Source: Candidatus Cloacimonadales bacterium (lineage in GTDB: Bacteria; Cloacimonadota; Cloacimonadia; Cloacimonadales; JAIOQZ01). From it: DNA of 64,000 nt. The notes below the pieces were generated by a model. The model saw nothing but the letters and a program-made list of their open reading frames with translations, did not search any database and was not told the origin of the DNA. Every line of letters begins with the position of its first letter. The stretch's first letter is position 1. A program made the position numbers and the translations under genes. The DNA is taken from NCBI GenBank assembly GCA_963674825.1, contig OY771587.1, forward strand, positions 3,776,001 through 3,840,000. The letters are read 5' to 3'. Of this stretch, positions 46,516 to 57,500 are shown in pieces.

Positions 46516-47331
46516 ATGGAAACACCCGTTTTCGATATATTGGAACAGGCAGCGCAGAACCGCTTTAAAGGCGTTCCGTTCGTGATGGTAACGGTCGTGC
46601 AGGCGATCGAAAGCACGCCCGGAAGATCCGGCTTCAAGATGCTCGTCTACGCCGACGGCAGAAGCGAAGGGACCGTCGGAGGTGGCAGCATAGAGCGACG
46701 AGCGCACGAGAAAGCGCTTCAAATCCATCAGTCAGGAAGCAACGAACTTGTCGCCTACACCCTCACAGAGGAAGAGATGGGTATGATGTGCGGTGGCGAG
46801 GCGAAGCTCTTCTTCGAGTATTTCGCACCGCGGAAACGCGCGTTCATGTTCGGCGCGGGGCACCTCGGACGCAGCATCGCGCCGCTACTGAAATCACTCG
46901 ACTTCCATCTGGTTATTATTGATGACCGCAAAGAGGCAGCCACCCGTGAGAATGTCCCCGAGGGCGATGAATTCTACGGCATGCCCTACGAAGATTATTT
47001 GCCAGGCTTCCGTCCGGGAAAAGAAGACGCAGTGATCATCTTCACACATGGCCATGTGCACGATTATACCGTATTGGATGCAGTCTGCAAGTTGGGTGTC
47101 GAAGTGAAATACATCGGGATGATCGGATCCAGACGAAAATCGAAAGCGACGCTGGATCGTATCAGAGAAAGCAGATACAAAGGTAATCTTGTTGAAAAGG
47201 TATTTGCGCCGATCGGCCTCAATATTGGCAAAACGACAACGCAACAGATTTCGATCGCGATTGTTGCCGAAATCCTGATGGTTTACAATGGAGTGGAAAA
47301 GCTTGTATCGATGCGGGATTACTCGAAGTAG
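46516..47331 (+). CDS. xdhC: XdhC/CoxI-family molybdoenzyme maturation factor
   Basis: STPGRSGFKM, GTVGGG, GMMCGG, FGAGH, YIGMIGSRRK and APIGLNIG. Confidence 0.88.
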   Translation: METPVFDILEQAAQNRFKGVPFVMVTVVQAIESTPGRSGFKMLVYADGRSEGTVGGGSIERRAHEKALQIHQSGSNELVAYTLTEEEMGMMCGGEAKLFFEYFAPRKRAFMFGAGHLGRSIAPLLKSLDFHLVIIDDRKEAATRENVPEGDEFYGMPYEDYLPGFRPGKEDAVIIFTHGHVHDYTVLDAVCKLGVEVKYIGMIGSRRKSKATLDRIRESRYKGNLVEKVFAPIGLNIGKTTTQQISIAIVAEILMVYNGVEKLVSMRDYSK

Positions 47332-48590
47332 AAGATAGCCCGAACCGGATCGACGCGTGAAGCCTTGATAGCTGGATATAGCGCTGAGATCAACCCGATG
47401 AATATAGCAAAACCGAATCCGAGAAGGATACCTTCAATTGGAATCGGTACGCGCATCCTCATAACAACACTCAAGATACTCACGAGACCTGTCGCGATAA
47501 TAACTCCGAAAGCTGCGGCGAGTGTTGCCAAAGTAAGTGCTTCAATGATGAAGTAAGAGAAGATATCGAATTCTTTTGCTCCGACACTTTTACGAATACC
47601 TATCTCAAGCATTTTCTCATTAATCGATATCAAAAGCGTACTGAACAAACCAATTCCGCCAACGATGAGTGAGATTGACGCGATCGATGAGAGAACAATG
47701 TTCCAGGTTTTCATGAACTTCTCGATTTCTTCAGTAATCTTTCCAATAAAGCTACCGACGTCGTTAAAGGCAAAGTCATGCGCCATGGAATGGCTTGCGA
47801 GAAGTGTCTGATATACGCGCGTCTTCATAACGTCGTAGTCTTGATCCTTACGTGCCTGGATATAGATATTGTCGAGAGCATTGTTCTGCCGGAGTAGCTG
47901 CGCACCGGTAGAAAGCGGGATATACACAGCCCGTAGATCCCACTGGCGGTCCCAAGGATTCATTTGTGCCCGGCCGGATTTATTCAGGATGTCTTCGTCG
48001 AGCACACCAATGATCTGATAGCGATTGCCGCCAATGGTAATGGTCTTGTTTATCGGCTCGCCGTTTGCAAAGTGTCGCTGATAGAAATGATAGCCGAGGA
48101 TGCAGACCCTCGCTTTGTTCTTTGCTTCGAAAGAACTGAAATAACGGCCTTCTTTGAGCACATATGTCTTGTTCTCGAAGAAGTCGTTGTTGGTTGCGGA
48201 AACACGAACCCAGTTTCGGTTCTCGCCGTTTTGGAACTGTTGCCACTGGTCGATCTTACCGTAAATATTCTCGTGTTCGACCTCTTTCTTCAAGAGAAGA
48301 TAGTCGTCGTACGAAAGTGGCCGTGGTCGTCGCTGGATGTACATGAATCGTCCGCGTCGCCGATTGTTCTGGTTTGCGTTACCGTTAGCGGAAGGATAGA
48401 TCGCAATGGATCGATCCCAACCCATTGATTCCATACGGTTCATGATCATCAGCTTTATCCCGCTGACAGAAGAGAACATAGCCACAACCGCCGCGACACC
48501 AATCGTGATACCGATCAGGGTCAGCAGCGAGCGTCGCTTGTGATTCCAGATGCTCTGAAACGAGCTTCCGATACTATCACCCAGATGCAT
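47319..48590 (-). CDS. MacB/FtsX-type ABC transporter permease
   Basis: RSLLTLIGITIG, IASISLIVGGIG, EIGIRKSVGA and YPAIKASRVDP; start MHLGD overlaps the end of topA. Confidence 0.88.
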   Translation of the reverse strand: MHLGDSIGSSFQSIWNHKRRSLLTLIGITIGVAAVVAMFSSVSGIKLMIMNRMESMGWDRSIAIYPSANGNANQNNRRRGRFMYIQRRPRPLSYDDYLLLKKEVEHENIYGKIDQWQQFQNGENRNWVRVSATNNDFFENKTYVLKEGRYFSSFEAKNKARVCILGYHFYQRHFANGEPINKTITIGGNRYQIIGVLDEDILNKSGRAQMNPWDRQWDLRAVYIPLSTGAQLLRQNNALDNIYIQARKDQDYDVMKTRVYQTLLASHSMAHDFAFNDVGSFIGKITEEIEKFMKTWNIVLSSIASISLIVGGIGLFSTLLISINEKMLEIGIRKSVGAKEFDIFSYFIIEALTLATLAAAFGVIIATGLVSILSVVMRMRVPIPIEGILLGFGFAIFIGLISALYPAIKASRVDPVRAIFYFE

Positions 48591-50805
48591 TTCCGGTCTT
48601 CGCCTTGCACTTCGGGCATTGCAGCCACTTCTCGCCATCACGTCCAAAGTGTTCTTCAAGATATTCGTTACCGCATTCGGAGCACTTCTTGTTCACCGGC
48701 TTGTAGCGGCTGATGTAATCACAATCCGGGTATTTCGAGCAACCGAAGAAAGACTTCCCGCGCTTATCCTTGCGCTCCACCACGTCGCCATCACCGCACT
48801 TAGGGCATTTGATGCCGAGTGAGAACGGTTTGGTGAATTTGCACTTGGGGTAGTTCGTGCAGGCGATGAACTTGCCGAAACGACCGTTCTTGATGGTGAG
48901 ATCGGATCCGCACTGCGGGCACTTCTCATCGATATGTTCAGGCTCTTCGACGTGGATTGTTCCGTCTTCATCGCGCTTGAAGTTCTTGATATTCTTGCAT
49001 TCCGGGTAATTCGAGCAACCCAGGAACTGGCCGCTCTTGGCCCAGCGAACGATCATGTTGTGTCCGCATTTCTCACACTTGATATCCGTCTCTTCTTGTG
49101 CCTCTTTCTTGGATTGCTTGTAATCGATGGTTTCAAGCTTGTCTGCAATACTCTTATAATAGTCGTCCAAAATCGAATTCCATGGCATTTCACCATATTC
49201 GACCTTGTCCAGGCTCTCTTCCATATCGGCTGTGAACTGGACATTGAAAAGCTCGTCGAAGTGCTTTACCAGGAAATCGTTAACCGTAACGCCGAGTGTG
49301 GTGGGAACGAACTTCTTGGTGTCGATCTTCACATACTTGCGTTCGAGAATCGTATTCGTAATAACGGCGTACGTAGAAGGCCGTCCGATACCCTTGGATT
49401 CCAGTTCCTTGATCAGCGACGCTTCCGAGAATCGTGACGGAGGTTTGGTGAAATGCTGGTTCTTCGTGAACTCGTCCATGCCGACAGCCGAGTTTTCCTG
49501 GTAGCCAGCGTCGATGTTTTCGCCGAGAATAACACGCGTATGCGGGAAAGCTTCCAGGAAACCTTTGTGACGGATTGTACCGCCGCTTGCGGAGAAGACA
49601 CCCTTATCAACGCCAATCTCCATATTGACCGCGTCGATCCTGATCGGTGTCATTTGTGTCGCGACAAAGCGCTGCCAGATAAGCGTATAGAGCTTGAGCT
49701 GATCTTTCTCGAGCGACTTGGAAAGCTGCTCGGGAGTACGGAACGGATCGGTAGGACGAATCGCTTCATGCGCGTCCTGTGCCTTATTCTTGTTCTCGAA
49801 CTTCCGCACAGACTTGTGTAGCGATTCCTTGCCATAGCGATCTTTGATCAGATCGCGGCAGGCATCGATCGCGATGTCGGCGATACGGAGCGAGTCAGTA
49901 CGCATGTAGGAGATCAAACCGACGGTGTCACCGCCGATATCGATACCTTCATAAAGCTGTTGAGCGACCATCATCGTTTTCTTACCGCTGAAGCCCAGAA
50001 TGCGCGAAGCATCCTGCTGTAACGTACTGGTAATGTACGCCGGCTGAGGGTTGATCTTCTTCTCGGTGCGGTCGATCTTCTGAATGGTCCCAGGCTTCTT
50101 GTCGAGCGCATCAAACATTTTCTGCGCGTCTTCGGCCTTGATCATCTTCTGTTTCTTGCCGTCCCAGTGTGTAAGCGTTGCCTTGAATGGCGTCAGATCG
50201 TCCTTTGAGAAGATCGCGTCGAGGGTCCAGTACTCTTCCGGTACAAACGCCTTGATCTCCGCTTCCCGCTCGCAGATGAGCCGCAACGCTACTGATTGAA
50301 CGCGGCCAGCACTGAGCTTGGTAGTGATCACGCGCCACAGCACAGGGCTGATCTTGTAACCGACAATGCGGTCAAGAATTCGCCGTGCCTGCTGTGCATC
50401 GACTTTGTCTTTATCGATCTCGCCGGGGTGCTCCATCGCCTCCCTGATCGCGGTCTTGGTAATCTCATTGAACACGATTCGATAAACCGGCTTGTCCGCC
50501 GCTTCGCCCTTCAGTACTTCGAGGATATGCCACGCAATGGCTTCCCCTTCGCGGTCATGGTCTGATGCCAGATAAATCGCATCAGCTTCTTCCGCCGATT
50601 TTTTGAGGTCGTCGATGATCTTTTTCTTGGTTCGATCGACCACGTATTTGGGTTTGAATTCATGCTCCAGATCGACGCCCATGGAGCGCTTGGGAAGATC
50701 GCGCACATGGCCCATGGATGCCTTGACGTCGTACTTGAAATCGAGGAATTTGCCGATAGTCTTCGCTTTCGCGGGTGACTCGACAATGATAAGTCCTTTG
50801 CTCAT
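48577..50805 (-). CDS. topA: DNA topoisomerase I
   Basis: IVESPAKAKTI, DHDREGEAI, SAGRVQS, ISYMRTDS, AQDAHEAIRPT and C-terminal Zn ribbons. Confidence 0.97.
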   Translation of the reverse strand: MSKGLIIVESPAKAKTIGKFLDFKYDVKASMGHVRDLPKRSMGVDLEHEFKPKYVVDRTKKKIIDDLKKSAEEADAIYLASDHDREGEAIAWHILEVLKGEAADKPVYRIVFNEITKTAIREAMEHPGEIDKDKVDAQQARRILDRIVGYKISPVLWRVITTKLSAGRVQSVALRLICEREAEIKAFVPEEYWTLDAIFSKDDLTPFKATLTHWDGKKQKMIKAEDAQKMFDALDKKPGTIQKIDRTEKKINPQPAYITSTLQQDASRILGFSGKKTMMVAQQLYEGIDIGGDTVGLISYMRTDSLRIADIAIDACRDLIKDRYGKESLHKSVRKFENKNKAQDAHEAIRPTDPFRTPEQLSKSLEKDQLKLYTLIWQRFVATQMTPIRIDAVNMEIGVDKGVFSASGGTIRHKGFLEAFPHTRVILGENIDAGYQENSAVGMDEFTKNQHFTKPPSRFSEASLIKELESKGIGRPSTYAVITNTILERKYVKIDTKKFVPTTLGVTVNDFLVKHFDELFNVQFTADMEESLDKVEYGEMPWNSILDDYYKSIADKLETIDYKQSKKEAQEETDIKCEKCGHNMIVRWAKSGQFLGCSNYPECKNIKNFKRDEDGTIHVEEPEHIDEKCPQCGSDLTIKNGRFGKFIACTNYPKCKFTKPFSLGIKCPKCGDGDVVERKDKRGKSFFGCSKYPDCDYISRYKPVNKKCSECGNEYLEEHFGRDGEKWLQCPKCKAKTGNASG

Positions 50806-50829
50806 AGTCTATTCCAAAATCCTGTAGTG

Positions 50830-51255
50830 TTATTGAATGATGCTGGAACCGGATTCGACATCGTCACGAATGAACATCTCGACGATATCTTTCATTGAAA
50901 TCTCATCCAGGCCGGAGAAGAGAATCAGGTTCACAATCTGTTCGATCATCCCACGGCTTACACGCCGTGTAATGATGTTCGATAGCGTAACGCAGAGATT
51001 CATGATCTTTTCGAACGTAAAGCGATCCACCGTACCGAGGTATTGCAGATTGATAAGATACCCGAACGCCTCATTTGTGATATGATGCCGCTCTTCCGCG
51101 CTCATGGTGCGCAGATATACCCTGGTCTCGTCCCGATTGTCAATCAGGTAGTCGATCAGGTCGCGAATGGCTTCGTTGTCGCCCTTCGCCTTTTTTGCGC
51201 CATCCCTTATCGAAACAAGATGGTCGAAAAGATTCTTTATTGTATGATCACTCAT
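50830..51255 (-). CDS. Smg/DUF494-like protein
   Basis: RTMSAEERHHITNEAFGYLINLQYLGTVDRFTFEKIM resembles the Smg C-terminal half, and it lies just upstream of topA. Confidence 0.55.
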   Translation of the reverse strand: MSDHTIKNLFDHLVSIRDGAKKAKGDNEAIRDLIDYLIDNRDETRVYLRTMSAEERHHITNEAFGYLINLQYLGTVDRFTFEKIMNLCVTLSNIITRRVSRGMIEQIVNLILFSGLDEISMKDIVEMFIRDDVESGSSIIQ

Positions 51256-51278
51256 TAGTTACCTTCTCTTGTGACAGT

Positions 51279-54200
51279 TTACTCATCCGCCAGTTTCCCG
51301 CAACATTTTTTGTATTTCTTGCCGCTGCCACACGGACATAGATCGTTGCGGCCAACTTTTACTTCCACCCTGCGAGGCTGGATCTTCTGCTCCGGTGGTG
51401 GAGCCGGGTGAGAGCGTTCCGTTTGCGCCGATGTTCCATCGAAAGCGGAGACATCTCGATGCAGGGTATTCGAGCGAGCTAAAAGGTTCTCGATATCCTG
51501 CGGGTTCATATCTTTCGAGACGATGTAAGAGGTAAAGACTTTTTTCGCCACCATCTCATGAACTCGCTCGATAAGGCTCTGGAAAAGCTCGAAACTTTCC
51601 TTCTTGAATTCAATGAGCGGATCCTTGTTCGCATAGGCTCTAAGGCCCACACCTTCCTTCAGGAGATCCATCTCGTGTAGATGATCGCGCCAGAGTTCGT
51701 CAACGACCATAAGGAGTGTCCTGCGTTCCAGTTCGCGCATAGAATCCGAACCGAGGATTTCCTCTTTCTTCGCGTAAGCTTTGAGCGATAGGTTGATCAG
51801 GTTTTCCGTAACATCCTTCATGTCACGCGCGCCATTGATAATCTCGTCTTCGTTGATCTCCAGGCCAAAATTGCTGCGGAACCAGCTTACGATGCGGTCG
51901 TAGGTCCAGTCTTCTTCAAACTCTACGCCGCCGAGTTGATCTTCCACCAGATTTCGCACCACCTCACGGATCATTTCCTTGATCTCTTCGTGGAGGTCGT
52001 AGCCCTTGAGCACATTGCGACGGAAGCTGTAGATCACCTCGCGTTGCTGATTCATTACCTCGTCGTATTTGATCAGGTTCTTACGCGTGTTGAAGTTGTG
52101 CTCCTCGACGCGTTTCTGAGCCTTTTCCACCGCGCCAGTCATCCACGGATGGGTGATCGCCTCGCCTTCGTTGATGCCGAGTTTCTTCATCATACCTGCG
52201 ATTCTGTCGGAACCGAAAAGGCGCATCAGATCGTCTTCCAACGAGAGATAAAACCTTGATGTTCCCGGGTCGCCCTGGCGTCCGGCACGTCCGCGCAACT
52301 GTCGGTCAATACGACGGCTTTCATGCCGCTCGGTACCGATGACGTGCAGACCGTCCAGCGGTCGTCCCAGAGGATGCTCTTCGGTCATTTTCTTCGGGAT
52401 CGACTGATAATATTCCTTCTCGTTGGTGATAACACCGTTTCCGAGTTTGATGTCCGTTCCGCGACCCGCCATGTTGGTCGCAATAGTTACCGATCCGGGC
52501 TCTCCGGCAAACTTGACGATCTCCGCTTCGCGTTCGTGCTGCTTTGCGTTGAGGACATCGTGGTTGATGCCATCACGACGCAGAAGCCTGCTGAGTGTCT
52601 CGGAGACTTCCACCGACACCGTACCGACCAGCACCGGCTTTTTCATCTTGTGCCAGTACTTGATCTCCTCGATGATCGCCTTATACTTCTCCAGCTTGGT
52701 GAGGTAGATCATGTCGTCGTAATCGATACGCGTGATCGGGACATTGGTCGGGATGACCTTGACCGGGAGCTTGTAGATCTCCACAAACTCCGATTCTTCC
52801 GTCACGGCAGTACCGGTCATACCGGCGAGTTTATCGTACATACGGAAATAGTTCTGTAATGTGATGGTGGCCAGCGTCTGGGTCGCACCTTCAATGGTGA
52901 CGCCTTCTTTTGCTTCCAGCGCCTGGTGCAGTCCGTCCGAGAAGCGTCTTCCCGGCATGAGGCGACCGGTGAATTCATCGACGATCATTACCTTGTTTTC
53001 CTGCACCACGTAATCGACATCCTTTTCGAACAGCGCGTAGCTTTTGAGCAACTGCGAAATGTTATGAAGCTGTTCGCTCTGATCCATGAAAGCCTGGGTG
53101 ACTTTTTCGCGCTTCTTCTCGCGTTCGGCGTAATCGAGGCCTTCTTCCTGATCTACACGGTTAAGAAGGTCATCGAGCGTTTCCATGATGAAAAGGTCGT
53201 TGTCGTACTTGGACATCATGTCACGGCCTTTCTCGCAGAGGTCGGCGCTATGCGCATGTTCATCGATCACATAAAAAAGCTCTTCGTCGATGATGGGCAT
53301 CTTTTTATCGCGCAAGAAATAGCCTTCGTAATCGTTCACAATCTTCTTGATATCGCCGTCTTTCGTCAGCTTGATGAACTGCTTGTTCTTCGGCCCACCG
53401 CGCTTAACCATCAACAGTTTGCGCCCAACTTCGTCGATGTTATAGTCGTCTGTCTCAAGCGCTTTACGAATCTCGCTGACCACGCGGTTGAGCATAGTTT
53501 CCTGCGCATGAACAACGCGAACCAGATGAGGCTTGATTTCTTTGTAAAAATTCTTCGATTCCGCTACGGGACCGCTGATGATGAGCGGCGTTCTGGCTTC
53601 ATCGATAAGCACGCTATCCACTTCGTCCACAATGGCGAAGAAATGTTCGCGTTGGACGAGCTGTGCTGCTGAGACCGCCATATTGTCACGCAGGTAGTCG
53701 AAACCGAATTCGCTGTTGATACCGTAGGTAACGTCGTTCGCATAAGCTTCCTGACGTTGGCGGAAATTCATCTCGTTGATGATACAGCCGACGGTGAGCC
53801 CGTGGTATTCAAAGATAGGTGACATCCATTCGGAGTCGCGCTGGGCAAGGTAGTCGTTGACCGTGATCAAATGGCAGCCGCGCCCGGTAAGCGCGTTCAG
53901 GAACAGTGGCATCGTCGCCACGAGGGTCTTACCTTCACCGGTAGCCATCTCAGCGATGTTGCCCTGATGCAGCGCGATACCACCGATAAGTTGCACGTCG
54001 AATGGCACCATGAACCAGGTTTCCTTGTTGCCGCGCACCTCGTATTCGTAGCCGATCAGCCTGCGGCAGGTCTCTCGCACAATCGCGAAGACTTCCGGCA
54101 GATGTTCATCCAAGACTTGTTGCGTGTATTCTTTGAGTTGGTCACGTTGAGCATCGATGCGGTTACCGATCTTATCCTTGTCGTTCTCGTCGGCAGCTTC

Positions 54201-54419
54201 GTGATACTGTTTGTTGAGATCTTCCAGTTCCTCTTCCATGGGGTCGAGTTTGCCGCGGATATCGGCTTTGATCTCCTGCACGCGTGCCTTGAGTTCGTCT
54301 TCCGTGTATTTAGCGGCTTGCGGTTCGTGACTTTTTATAGCTTCCAGCAACGGATTCACCTTCTTCATGTCGCGTGAATGCCGATCACCGAAAAGTTTTT
54401 CGAGTAATTTCAGTGCCAT
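51279..54419 (-). CDS. secA: Preprotein translocase ATPase SecA
   Basis: EMATGEGKTL, IVDEVDSVLIDEARTPLIISG, TNMAGRGTDI, QLRGRAGRQGDPG and the SEC-C motif CPCGSGKKYKKCC. Confidence 0.98.
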   Translation of the reverse strand: MALKLLEKLFGDRHSRDMKKVNPLLEAIKSHEPQAAKYTEDELKARVQEIKADIRGKLDPMEEELEDLNKQYHEAADENDKDKIGNRIDAQRDQLKEYTQQVLDEHLPEVFAIVRETCRRLIGYEYEVRGNKETWFMVPFDVQLIGGIALHQGNIAEMATGEGKTLVATMPLFLNALTGRGCHLITVNDYLAQRDSEWMSPIFEYHGLTVGCIINEMNFRQRQEAYANDVTYGINSEFGFDYLRDNMAVSAAQLVQREHFFAIVDEVDSVLIDEARTPLIISGPVAESKNFYKEIKPHLVRVVHAQETMLNRVVSEIRKALETDDYNIDEVGRKLLMVKRGGPKNKQFIKLTKDGDIKKIVNDYEGYFLRDKKMPIIDEELFYVIDEHAHSADLCEKGRDMMSKYDNDLFIMETLDDLLNRVDQEEGLDYAEREKKREKVTQAFMDQSEQLHNISQLLKSYALFEKDVDYVVQENKVMIVDEFTGRLMPGRRFSDGLHQALEAKEGVTIEGATQTLATITLQNYFRMYDKLAGMTGTAVTEESEFVEIYKLPVKVIPTNVPITRIDYDDMIYLTKLEKYKAIIEEIKYWHKMKKPVLVGTVSVEVSETLSRLLRRDGINHDVLNAKQHEREAEIVKFAGEPGSVTIATNMAGRGTDIKLGNGVITNEKEYYQSIPKKMTEEHPLGRPLDGLHVIGTERHESRRIDRQLRGRAGRQGDPGTSRFYLSLEDDLMRLFGSDRIAGMMKKLGINEGEAITHPWMTGAVEKAQKRVEEHNFNTRKNLIKYDEVMNQQREVIYSFRRNVLKGYDLHEEIKEMIREVVRNLVEDQLGGVEFEEDWTYDRIVSWFRSNFGLEINEDEIINGARDMKDVTENLINLSLKAYAKKEEILGSDSMRELERRTLLMVVDELWRDHLHEMDLLKEGVGLRAYANKDPLIEFKKESFELFQSLIERVHEMVAKKVFTSYIVSKDMNPQDIENLLARSNTLHRDVSAFDGTSAQTERSHPAPPPEQKIQPRRVEVKVGRNDLCPCGSGKKYKKCCGKLADE

Positions 54420-54564
54420 AATATAGCTTCCTGTATTATTTTTGCGTCATTGTCGAATCGAGGGTGGTGGTGTCAAGGAAAGAGATATTTACATCATTTT
54501 CATTTGAATTCTCCTTGACAATCCCTTTATCCTGTTCAACGATTAGCAAAAACTGAAGGAGTGC

Positions 54565-57500
54565 ATGATGAAGCGAACCATATATCTCATTTCAATCATG
54601 ATGATCGCTATGATCGGGCAGCTTTCCGCCACGATCGGCTGGTGCGGAAACATCTGGCCCAATTCGGGAACCAGCCATCCCAACGGACAGGGCATCACTG
54701 TCTATTTCCAGATATGGAAAGATGGTGTGACCAACGGAGAAGGCCAGGGCGAAGACCTCTCGGCAACCATCTATTACCGCCTTCAGGGCTCGAGCGATTA
54801 CACATCGCTGGAAATGCCCTACTTTGGCGAAGTCGGCAATAACGACGAATATTCTGTCGCCATTCCGAACGAAGCCTTCTCCGCCGGTGATGTGGTCGAA
54901 TTCGTCTGCGAAGCGCATGACGCCACGGACGACACCTATGCTTACGGAACTGACCAGAACAACGCAGGGCCTTTCACATTCGCAAGCCCGGGCAACTACA
55001 TCATTATCAACGAGACTATCCAGGATGTAGCCGTCACGTTCCAGGTTAACATGGAACTGCTGGAGCCGGTAGAAGCCGCATACGTGGCAGGTACCTTCAA
55101 TAGCTGGAACGCAACGGGAAATCCGCTTTCCGATGATGACGAAGATATGATCTGGACTGCGACCGTCACGATCCCCTCTGGCTCTAATCCGGTTCAGGAA
55201 TACAAGTTTATCAACGGTTCCGACTGGGAAGGCGTGGACAATCGCAGCTTCACCATCGACGACACGAATCCGACCCAAATCCTTCCGGCTGTGTGGTTCA
55301 ACGACCAGGAACCTGCAGAAAATATCGCGACCGTGAGCTTCACGCTCGACGCTTCCAATGTTTCAGCTTACACCAGTTTCTACCTCAAAGGAAGCTGGAA
55401 CGAAGCCGGCTTTTACGATGAAACATGGAACAATGGGAACATCCACACTGCATTCTACGATGATGGAACCCATGGCGACATCATCCCCAACGACGACCTC
55501 TGGACCATACAGGTCGAACTTGTCCCCGATGCAGGCGACAACACCTGGCACTGGGGCTTCACCGATCAGGATTACTACTGGATCAACGGCAACTTCGAGT
55601 TCACCGTCCCGGATACAACCTCGCAGACGCTCTTTTACCAGCTCGTCCCAACCAGCAGCGTCGTGGGAAATGTTTACGATAACACGACCTCAACAGGAAT
55701 CGAAGGCGCGGTTGTCACAGTTGGAGAGTTCACCGCTACAACCAATGCCGAAGGCGGATTCGCACTGCAGATCGTCCCACCCGGAACCTACAACGTGAAT
55801 GTTTCTGCCACAGGATATTACGATTTTGTTCTCGATAATCTTCCTTTCAACGAAGGACACTCCAATCTCATGATCGGCATGATTCCAGAAGGCGCGCTGC
55901 AACCTCCGCAGAACCTTTCCGCAATCGGAAGCGATATGCAGGTCGAACTCAATTGGGATGCACCTGCCGACCGCGTTTTACTCGGATACAATATCTATCG
56001 CGACGACGTGCAGCTCAACGCTGATGTCGTTGAAGAAACATTCTTTACGGATACAAATGTCGAGAACTTTGTCACCTATACTTACTATGTTACTGCGGTT
56101 TATACCGAAGGCGAATCATCACCCTCGAGTAGCGTAGAAGCAACACCGCATCCCGAAACGATCGTCTTTCCTTCCATCGTTGGCGATTTCAACGATTGGG
56201 ATCCCGCAGACCCAGATTATCAGCTTACCTTGAATGACAACGGCGTCTGGACCCTCGCGGTTGAACTCGCAGCCGGTACCTGGGAATACAAGGCAACCGA
56301 GACAAACGACTGGTCTGCCGACTTCCCCACTGCCAATCAGTCTATCACGCTGGAAAACGCGGCAACCGTAACCTTCCGCGCCAACCTGGGTGCGACCGTC
56401 GGCGTACGCGAGAATGATGAATTTATCACTCACACCAATCCGGTGGTAGTCGGTAACTTCCTATCCGAGCTTGGCGGTGTGGACTGGGATCCAACCGACT
56501 TGACCGGTGAAATGATTGACAGCGATGGCGATGACGTGTTTGAATTCAACGCCGTCATCCCCGAAGGAACCTGGGAATTCAAGGTCACGCTGAACCACAA
56601 CTGGGATCAGTCTACAACAAGCAACAACATCGGCTTTGTCTCGGACGGTATTTCCGAAACACAAATCACATACGCGATGGCTACCAACGAAATCGAAACC
56701 AACGCAATTACTCCTCCGGCAGCGCAGATCACCTTCATGGTCGATGATCATCATATCGAACAGTTCGAAAGCTTCTACCTGCTTGGAACTTGGGATACAG
56801 AATCCGGCATGTACGACTCCAACTGGGGCGGTGGTGCAGAACATACGCAGTTCTACGATGATGGAACCCATGGCGATGAAGTGATCGGCGACCATATCTG
56901 GAGCGTGACGGTAAGCCTCATCACCGACGGCGGTAGCAATACATGGGAATGGGGCATCAACGATCAGGATCACAACTGGCTCTTTGGTAATTTCGAATTC
57001 ACCGTTGCAGATACAACAACCCAGTCCTTCAGCTTCACCATCCCCTACACCAGCACGCTGAACGGTACCGTAACTAACTCCGTTACCGGCGAAGCGCTCT
57101 CGGGAGCTTCCGTGCAGACAACATCCGGCGCATCAACGACAACCGACACGGAAGGCCATTACTCTATGACGGTCAATGCCGGAACGACGACGATCATCTG
57201 CTCCAAGTCCGGCTACATCACACAGACGATCAATAACTACGAAATCCCATACAATGACACGGTTACCCTGGATATCGGGCTTGATCGCGAGCTGTACGCT
57301 CCCATCAATCTCACCGCCGAAGAGGGCGATCAGCAGGTTGGACTGAACTGGGATATGCCGGAAGAACCCCGTACTCGTTCCGCTCAGCGCAATACCCGTG
57401 AGCTTACAGGATTCAATATCTACCGCAACAACGAGTTGGTTGGTTCTGTCGATTCCCCGGAAACAATGGAATTCCTCGATACGGGCCTGACAAACAATAT

